Below, piece after piece: positions 50,201 through 60,300 of a stretch of 64,000 nucleotides of DNA. Position 1 is the first letter of the stretch. Each line of letters begins with the position of its first letter. Source of the stretch: Sminthopsis crassicaudata (Eukaryota); NCBI RefSeq assembly GCF_048593235.1, contig NC_133619.1, positions 614,646,558-614,710,557 of the forward strand, read 5' to 3'. The notes below the pieces were generated by a model, which saw only the letters and a program-made list of their open reading frames with translations, had not been told where the DNA came from and searched no databases. The position numbers and the translations under genes were made by a program.

Positions 50201-53200
50201 CTCCTAGAAACTGGCTCGGTGTTTGCATTTGGAGAGAACAAGATGGGGCAGCTTGGCCTTGGCAATCAGACCGACGCTATCCCCAGCCCTGCGCAGGTAA
50301 TTAGCCACTTCTTTCTCATGGCTGATGGAGTTGGAGCTTTTTAAATGCCCCTCTTTTGGTTTTGCTTCTTAGAAATGGGAACCATGCTCTTCGATTGATG
50401 TGTTGGTTGACCTACTGGAAAAGGGCAAGCCGGATTTGGGTGGGATACAGATTTCACATCCCTGGGCTTCTCCCGTTATTTTGTGAACGTAGCTGAAGAC
50501 TTCTTCCTTTGTAGAGATCCTACTTTTATTTTTCTCTTTATTTTCAACCTTCATCTAATAGGCAGCTAGCTGGCAGAAGGGATGGAAGGCTGCCCCTTAA
50601 ACAAGGTGGCCCTGGGTTCAGGTCTGCCTCTGATAATTTGCTGACCTGGTCCCTGGGGACAAGATATCCCAGTGTAAGCTGCAGAGGGTGTTTGAGTTCC
50701 CTATCCCACTGTAAATCCCCAGTGGAGTCCTTTTTTCTCCTTTCCCAGTTCTTGAGACCTGGGGTGTGAGCATTCTCTCCACCTGTGTCCTCAGGAGCCA
50801 TCCCATGTTGTGTAACTCGGGGCTATATAGTCCAGGCTTTCTCACCATAAGGATTTAAGCCCGCTGCTTGAAGCCTTCCTCTTTGCTATAGCTATGTGTG
50901 ACTTAGAGAGCTTGAGCGAGTCTCTCCTCCTTTGGAACCCAGAGTCCCTTTTGTGGACTTGGGTGGCCCATGAGCGCTGCTGCCCTTAGTCTGTGGGCCC
51001 TGGAGCCTCACGCACGCCAGTACTCTAGCACAGCTAATAGGCACATGCAGCCGGTTCCTGCTTCTGCCCCTGGACCTTGGGAGGCAATGGTGGTCCATGA
51101 ATTGCACTGTGTACAGGCCTGGGAATCTTGGCTTCCGAAGGGAAGGCCTTGCCTGGTTTCCCTGTGGATCCTCACCTCCTTTTAGATCGTTTTGACCTTA
51201 CATCATTGTCTGTCCCTGGGGCTTCCTGAAGAGAGAGGTACCTGAGGATGCTTCTTTAACCTCAGAACCATAAGGTGGGAAATGCACCTCCTTTTTGTCT
51301 CTTTTCTCCATGTAGACGGCTAAGGTGGGCTCTTGGGAGTAGCCAGGACTATTGTCAAGGTGACCCTCTTATCATCATGGACTTTAGGATTGGCGGTTTC
51401 CCCTGAGCTATGGTTTCCTCTTTACTATTCAACTGTTCCCCTTCTGTTCTGGTGTTCCTGTGTGCATGCAAGTCCTACAGGTTGCCGAGGAGGAGAAGGA
51501 GATTTTTATTTTTAAATTAAAAAGCAATTGTTTGGCAGCCCCTTTGCCTTGTTTTTAAAATTGGTCAAGAAACCATTCACTGAGCCTCTGCAAAGTGCCC
51601 ATTTCATTGATAGGAATGTAGAGCCATTTGTGATATGGTCCTGTACACAAGCAGCTTAAAGTCAAATTGGAAAGAAAAACAGCATACAGATAAAAATAAA
51701 ACCTTTTTTTTATAACTTATGGTTATGTAGCATTTTCCTTTCCTTAAAAACCACCCTTTTGCACTAGGTAGTGTAAATGTTATGCACATTTTGCAGATGA
51801 AGATTGTAGTGCTCACTGAGGTCGCTGGAGGAACTATCACAACTGGGGCTCCAAAGTCCCATTAGATAATGCTGGCATACTATGTTGGCCCATCCTCCAT
51901 GCCTACTGAGTAGCGCATATAGGGAAGGGATAAAGGACAGGAGCTATTGATGTTGTTTTTTTGAATCTAGAAAAGTTAAAAACTATCTGAGGGAAAATAG
52001 TATTAAGTGGGGGAGGGGAGTTAAATCTTCCCAAGTTCATCTTTGGATCAGTTTGAAGATAATTTCTGCAGTGGTCTTTTTTCCTTTTCAACAATATTTT
52101 ATTTTTCCAAAATTTTTTTCTCCTTCCGCTACCTCCTCCAGATAGCAAGCAGTCTGATATATGCAGCCATTTAAAGCATATTTCTATATTAGTAGTATTG
52201 TGAAAAAAAGAAAAAGCAAATAAAAAAAAAAGGTAGAAATAGCATGCTTTGATACGCATCAGTCTCCATGAGTCTTTCACTGGATATGTATGGCATTTTC
52301 CAGGCAAAGTCTATTAGAATTGTCTTGGACTGCTGTACTGCTGAGAAGAGCTAAGTCTTATCATAGTTGCTCATCACACAGTGTATTATGTAACAGTATG
52401 TTCTCTTGGTTCTGCTAGCTTCACTTAGCATCAGTTCATATAAGCCTCTTGAGGCCTTTCTGAAACTGTTCTGCTGATCTTTCCTTATAGAACAATAATA
52501 TTCCATAGCATTCATACACCATAACTTACTTAATTATTCCCTGACTTATGGGCATCCATTTAGTTTCCAGTTTCTTGCCACTACAAAAGGAGTTGTTACA
52601 AACATTTTTGCACACGTGGGTCCTTTTCCCTTTTTTATGATCTCTGGAATACAAATCTAGTCGCCACACTAGAAAAGTTTATTTTTGGATGCATCTTAGC
52701 CCTTCTACTCTGGATTATAAACTGCTTGAAAGCAGATCTAAGGACATTGTGTGGTTAATAGATATTTAATAAATTTTGGTTGCATTCCACTGCATTTTCA
52801 ACCAGTTGCTTTTAATTTACCTCCCTGGGCAATCTGATGCCCCTTCTCTTTGGTTGTCAGTTAGTCATTTTCTAGCTTCTTTTTCAGAGGGATTTTCATA
52901 TCCTGGAGTAATAAACAGCAGGGAGAACTATTGATTTCTTCCAGATACCACACAGTTGATACCAGAAAATTCAAAGGTAGTGGCTTTAGGCCTATTCTTC
53001 CTCCCATTCTTTGCCCACTAAAAGGTACCATTTTATTCCTCATTAGTGCTACAGTGGCTAAAAGACAAGATCAAGCTGGAAGAGTCTTGCAAAAGCTTTT
53101 TGGGTGACACATTTAAATCCAAGGGCTAAAGCAGTGGGTGTTTTTCTTTTAATTTCCTGTGCATTTCACCTAGTTATTTTATCTTTCTGTTCTTCTGTGA

Positions 53201-56200
53201 TCATGTTATTTAGTTCCTCTTCTTTCTTCCTAAAGGCCTTTTCTTTTTTTTGTATTCTCCTGACCTCTTTCACAAAGAATAGTTGAGCCCATTAAGTTCC
53301 CTTGATGTCCTTGTAAATTTTTCATGCTCCATTGCAAAAGGATGAGCAGGGGTTGGTTTATTTTGTTAGTCATCTTTTTTTCCCCCTTTCCCTTCCCCAA
53401 CTTCTCTCTTCTCTGTCCTCCTTTCCTTTCATTCTTCCTTTTCCCCTCTCCTCTTCTCCTCCTTTAGTTTCTCTTTGTGTCTCTTTTTTCTCTCCCCTCT
53501 TCCCTTTTTCTCTTCCTCTGTTTCTCTTTTTCTGTGTCTATCACCTTTTTTCTCCCTCCTCTTCCTTTTTCCTTTTTAGTTCCTTTCCTTTCTTCCTTCA
53601 TCCTTCTATTTCCCTTTCTTTCCCATTCTCTTTCCTTCTCTCACTTTCTTTCTTCCTCTTCTCTTTCCTGCCTATTCCTTTTCTCTTTTAATTTTAAAAC
53701 ATTACTATTGTTTTTTTTCTTTTTAGATAATGTACAATGGCCAGCCAATTACCAAAATGGCTTGTGGGGCTGAGTTCAGCATGATAATGGACTGCAAAGG
53801 AAACCTGTACTCCTTTGGGTGCCCTGAATATGGTCAGCTGGGTATGGCAACCTATTCTTGTTAAAAGCTTCTGTTATTTCAACTGCACATTGTACACCAG
53901 AATTCAGTAGAGGCTAAACATACATGTTTTCAAAGTGTGGTCCATTGATCTTAGATAATAGCTGGTCACGACTAAGTAATTGTAAACTTTCACCAGAATG
54001 TGAAACATGGAGGGTGGAGCTCTCCCTGTAGCCACAAGTCACAACTGGGCAGGGGAGTGATTTTCTGTAGTCCTCCATCACTCATAACCCATTGTATTTT
54101 TCACCCTCACCAGGAAAGGAAAATTAGGAACCCGAGCTCAGAGTTAGGAAGGAGATACCTGGGCATTTTCCTTTCTTTCTCATTCTTTTCAGTTATTCAG
54201 TTGTCTTCTACTACACTAGCCAGGACATTTTTTTCATTCCAAAATCCTCCCCCCACTGAAAAGACTCAAAACATCACTTTCCCACAGGGCTCAGAATGAT
54301 CACTTGTCCTCCACGCACCAGGCCGTAGCTCTGCTGTCTCTATCATTCTAACGTAACCATCCTGGGCAGTTGTTGATCAGGCCCTAGATCTTCAGCTCCC
54401 CAAACTGTGGAGGAATGTGGAACTACACTCATCCCAACACCAGGCAGAAATGAGCAATAAAAGGGAATTGTATTGTATTGGAAGGGGATTCTTAGTAATA
54501 AAAAGATCACCCAGGAGACTCCTTCATCTTTCATCTAATGATATGTTTAGAGCTTGGTCAAAATAAGTATGTTTTCCTGCCCTCTGTAAACATGACACCG
54601 AGGAAGATTTGTCTCTACTTTCATTCCAAACAAAAGCCTTCATTCAATATGAAGTCCACAAAGTACATGGAGAGCTTTAGGGCTGGAGGGGAGGGAGGGT
54701 CCACAGAGTATATGGAGAGCTTTAGGGCTGGGGATTCACAGAATACATGGGAGCTTTTGGGCTAGGAGGGGTCCACTGAGTATGTGGAGAGTTCTGGGGC
54801 TGGGGATCCACAGAGTATATGGGAGAGAGCTTTAGGGCTGGGGGGGAAGGTCCACAAAGTATATGGAGAGTTCTAGGGCTGGGAGTGGGGAGAAAGGAGG
54901 AAGTAGGATAAGATGAGACTTGGTCCGTACCATACAAAACAGTAATAGGCATATAGTGATAATTGCCACCTTAGGCCTGTGGGGAGGGCTTGTTCTCATG
55001 GAGACCAAAGAAGTGTCTTTTGAGCTGAACTTGTGAGAATCCTTTGAAATTCAAGCAAAGAGGAAAGACAGAAAAAATAAGAATATAATTCCATGGGAAG
55101 CATGAGGAAGGCACTAAACAGCCAGGGCATGTTATTGAAGGGGAGCAGTAAGCTCTCCTAGAAAGCTGTTGTCACCACCTAGACCCTGAGATAGAGACTG
55201 GACTGAGATGGCCTTGGGCTAGAGAAACAAACAGGGCCCAAGATTAGGGAGCACAGGGCTGCCTATATGACCGGACTGGATAGAGATATAGAAGAAACAA
55301 AATTGCATGGTAACAATTGATTTTCCTCCAGTACAAACTAATTTGTGTGGTCACCTACTCTATCAACAATGTCCTGACCCTCCAAGCTTATTCTGAACTA
55401 CTTGGGGGTTCCAAGCAGGCTCACTTTGCCTTCATTGGCCAAATCGGGTCAGCCAGTCAGTCTGCAGACATTATGAAATCCTTTGGATCAGGTCCTGGGA
55501 TCAGAGAAGGGAGGGGTTCCTGCCCTCAGGGAGCTGAGAGTCAGGCAGGCCCCTGGAGACCCAGACACCTGCCTCTCCCCAGCCCAGTGAGGCTGCTCGT
55601 CTCCGGTTCTTGATGAATAAGTGGGCCGTGGTCATTCTGCTTTTAAATCTTGGCTTTCTGCTTGGTGACAGGACACAATTCTGACGGGAAGTTCATTGCC
55701 CGGGCTCAGAGGATAGAATATGACTGTGAGCTGGTCCCCCGCAGAGTAGCCATCTTCATTGAAAAGACCAAGGATGGACAGATTTTGCCCGTCCCCAACG
55801 TGGTGGTCCGAGATGTTGCCTGTGGCACCAATCACACGGTAAGGGTGCGCCTTTGGTGGCTCTGTGTGTCGGGGGCATTTTTGGTGTCCTCACCGTGGGA
55901 AAGAGGAGAAGTGAGTGAGGGTAGCCCATTACTGTAAGGAGCGAGCCCACGGGGTTGGGGTGGTCCAAGGAGCCCACGGCCGTGAGCTCGTCAGGTGGCC
56001 AGCACAGTCTCTGGGCCCTCTGGGTCTGCAGGAAAGGCATCTTGGATCATGAGGTTCAACTTCCCCTCAGGAGATGGAGAGAGAGGCCGATGAAATCATT
56101 TGTAAGTGGCAAAGTTGGGGTTTTTACCTTGACCCCTTCTGGAGTCCAAGTGCAGTTTTCTTTGCATTGTGTCGTACTGGGGCATGTGGGGTCAGTGTTT

Positions 56201-57264
56201 GGGATTCCCAAAACAACTTTGCTGTGCAGCTCCTTGGGACTTAGCGTGAGACTGGATCGGTCCCGGTTCAGAGCTGGAGGAGAGTCGGGGGCAGTGAGTA
56301 TAGAAGGAAGATAGTAGAGCTGAACATACCACAGAAAACACTGCTCAGCTGCCTCTAGGAGAGATCGCTGCAGGTACAGAGAAGTCAGTGCCTTGTCTCA
56401 GGCACCAAGACGCTAAGACCCAGGCCAAGTTCAAGGCCGGGCCCCTGCCTCCCAGTCTGACATGGTTTCTACTCTCTCCCCCATGACTCTTTCCTCCGGC
56501 CCAGACATCCTGCACTGGGACTGGTTCAGATTTGCATCAAGTCCCAAGGAGCTCCATGGCCAATCTTGCCATAAATGAGTGGAAATTAATCCTGTTATCC
56601 ACCAAATCGTTACATATGGCGGAATATTTTTGCATAATTATGCATGGTGCCTGCATATTTTTATATTGACTATTTTAGGGGAGAATACCTGCTGTTATGG
56701 ACAGTTTTCCCTAAACCAACCCTTCCATATTCATAAAGTATAGAGCATCATGGGCTTGGGTAATGTTCATACTTAATGAGCTGTGTCATCAGCTGATCAG
56801 CAGGCACTTAAGAAGCGCCTAATAAGGGTGCTGTGTAAAGAACAAGAATGGAACAGTCCCCCCTCTCTGGGGAAAGCACTGAGGACCGTGTAAGGACGGG
56901 CAGCCTCTGGCAGCTGGCCTTGGAGCCTCTTGTCCTGCCTGCCTTGTGTGGGGCTCTGGCTGGATCACTTCTTGTCCTGCTGCAGGCATGGGGACATGCT
57001 GAGGTTTCCACGGGCTCCTAGCTCTGGAAATTACACAACTGCTTTGTCCTCCTTAGGCTGCATTAGGCGGAGGTTGATTGATTTTTTAAAAATAGGCCTT
57101 ATTGGGTAGTTTTTGCTTTGCATCACCTGAATTCTCTCTTTCTCCCTCCCTCTCCCCTCCATTTCCTTCCCGAGCACAATTGATCTGTAGATTGATACCT
57201 GATTACTGGTAACATATAACACTGGTGATAGGACAGTCTTTCTAGGAAGAGGTTAACTACAAAG

Positions 57265-57340
<76 letters not shown>

Positions 57341-60300
57341 AGGATCCCTAGAGTTTTGGCCTTGTTCCGTTTCTTTGCGCTTTCTGCAGTTTAATCAATA
57401 TTGTGATATGAATTGAATGAGTTACTTTGCTGTCTGGAGACATAAGCCTCTTGCTTTCAGATAGGGGAAGGGAAAAGCATGTGACTTTAAACAATTAAGA
57501 TGAGAGCAGGAAAGTTGGCAGAGAAAGGTGTCTTGGGTTCCCAGGGCCTGTGTCTCAGTTCCTGTCTCGGTTGCCATTCTCCACCCGCGGTCTCTCTTCC
57601 GGCCCTTCGCTGACTTACCTGGAGCTCCAGATCCCTTTGGGAGCTCGCCCCATCCCGTACCGGTGGGCTTCTAACTTGAGTTTTCGGTTCTCTCCTCTCT
57701 GTATACAGCTGGTTCTAGACTCTCAGAAACGTGTCTTCTCCTGGGGCTTTGGAGGCTACGGCCGGCTGGGCCACGCAGAGCAGAAGGACGAGATGGTCCC
57801 TCGCCTAGTGAAGCTCTTTGACTTCCCAGGGCGTGGGGCAGCACAAATCTATGCTGGCTACACCTGTTCCTTTGCCGTCAGTGAAGTGGGTTAGTGGATA
57901 TTCTTCCTGATTTTAACTCTGGGTTTTGAAGGTATTAAAAACAAGATAATTTTCCCTTTGATAATCCAGTGCTCCTGCAGGGGGACAGGAAGAGATATTT
58001 TCCATTTTCACTTAATAGTTGTTGTTTTTTTTTCCCCAATTACATGTAAAGATAGTTTTCAACACTCATTTTTGAAAGATTTTTGAGTTCTAATTTTTTT
58101 TCCTACCTTCCCTCCCTGCTGCCCAAGAGCGAGTAATCCATTATAGGCTATATAGGCGCACTCATATTAAACATATTTCCATTAGGTTTTGCATTTTCAA
58201 TGTCCCGGAAGTTACTTTGCTTCCATTCTTATGTTTGTCTAAAACAGGTTAACTGCTACATGGTATATTCAGAGCTGGCCTAGATAGAAAGGCAGGACAC
58301 ATGAACGTAGGCCCTGCTTTCTTGTTACACAGGGGTCTTAGAACACACAATGTAAGGGTTGGGAGAAGGGCCTGCTCTTAGAACAGTTGGTCAGACCTGG
58401 AAGGGGCTTAGAACAGAGCGTCAGGAAAGGCCCCTAGAACACAGAAGGTCCCTCAACTCTCTGACATTGTATATTCCCTGAAAGGTGCAGATAGGTATTG
58501 TTGTAATAGTTTTCCATGCCAAAGAAATCACAGATCTTGTTCCCATTCGTTATTCTTTTTCTAATGGAATCCATTCCTTTTTTTTTTTCCTCAATAATAT
58601 TTCATTTTTCCAATTACATATAGATAATTTTCAATGTTCACTTTTTGTAAGATTTTGAGTTCAGATTTTTCTCTCTCCAAGATAGCAAAAAAATCTGATA
58701 ATAGCTTATACGCATGCAATCGTTGGAAACATTTCCATATTTCTAATGTAACCCATTCTTTTTCTCCTGGTAGTAGTGCCAGGTCTGCTCTCCTCATTGG
58801 ATGACTCCTTTGGATTAATTAGTTCAGAGCTTTTTATTTACTGCCCACTGTGTGCCCCACGCTAAGCATTTAGTAGACAAAGAAAGGCAAGAACAGTCCT
58901 GGCCCTAATGTACCTTATCATCTGCTGATGGGGCGGGCGACTTGTACAGAACTAGATTGTGCAGAGTAGGCGGCAGGCACTTTGTAGTCCTAATTTCCCA
59001 GGATTGGACCATGGGGATTTTCTAGTTTTTCATATCCTTGAAAGAATTTTTCTTACCAAGATTCCTTAGGAGTTTTTGTGTTTTCTTTAGGTGGCCTGTT
59101 TTTTTGGGGTGCTACCAACACTTCTCGGGAGTCCACCATGTATCCCAAAGCTGTCCAGGACCTCTGTGGCTGGAAAATTAGAAGTTTAGCTTGTGGGTAA
59201 GTGACTGGTGGTACTCAAGGCAAAGTCCTCCTGTCCGGCAGCATACCAGAAGTGGTCCGTTCACTTGGGCTGGATGGGAAAGGCTGTGAAGTAGTAGTAA
59301 GAGGGTGTCTGCCGTGGGCATATCTACATAAGCTATATCTATATCTATGTATGTATGCATTTATTTGGTCCTCGCAACAATTCTGGGAGACAGGTAGGTA
59401 GCATTCCTATGTTGCAGATGAGGAAACAGAGGCAAACAGGTTAAAGTGACTTGTCTGGGGTCATTCAGCAGGTGTCTAAGGCTGGATTAGACCGAGCTGC
59501 CCAGTAAAGTTCTTGTCTTAATAAAGAAAGTCATGAAGGGTTTGATGCTTGAGCAAGGTTTTCTGTTTGTTCCTAGAAGTAAGTTGGGAGGCCCTGGAAT
59601 AGTGACCTAGTGAAATCTGGTTTAGAAATTCTCTTTGACAGTATCATGTGAGGTGGGGAGGAACAGGGGACATTGAGGAAAATTTGGGGTGTGAGGTCTA
59701 GGCGAAGGTGCTGTTGGAGTAGACAGAGGGGATGATTGTGAGAAATTGGGTGGTGGTAAGACAAAAATAGAAATGATGTAGATGCAAGGGAGGAATCCAG
59801 AGGTGACACGACTGTGGTGCAGGAGCATGTGTAGGACTGAAGAATATATAGGGCTCAGATAAAGTCACTGAGGAAAATTTACAGCTGGAAGGGCCTTCAA
59901 AACTCAGGAGGTCAGAGCTGGGAGGGCCCCTAGAACCTGGAATGTCAGAGTGGGGAGGGCCCTTAGAACCCAGGAGGTCAGAGCTGGGAGGGCCCTTAGA
60001 ACCCAGGAGGTCAGAGCTGGGAGGGCCCTTAGAACCCAGGAGGTCAGAGCTGGGAGGGCCCTTAGAACCCAGGAGGTCAGAGCTGGGAGGGCCCTTAGAA
60101 CCCAGGAGGTCAGAGGTGGGAGGGCCCTTAGAACCCAGGAGGTCACAGCTGGGAGGGCCCTTAGAACCCAGGAGGTCAGAGCTGGGAGGGCCCCTAGAAC
60201 CTGGAATGTCATAGTGGGGAGGGCCCTTAGAACCCAGGAGGTCAGAGCTGGGAGGGCCCTTAGAACCCAGGAGGTCAAGAACTGAAAACAAAACCTCAGA

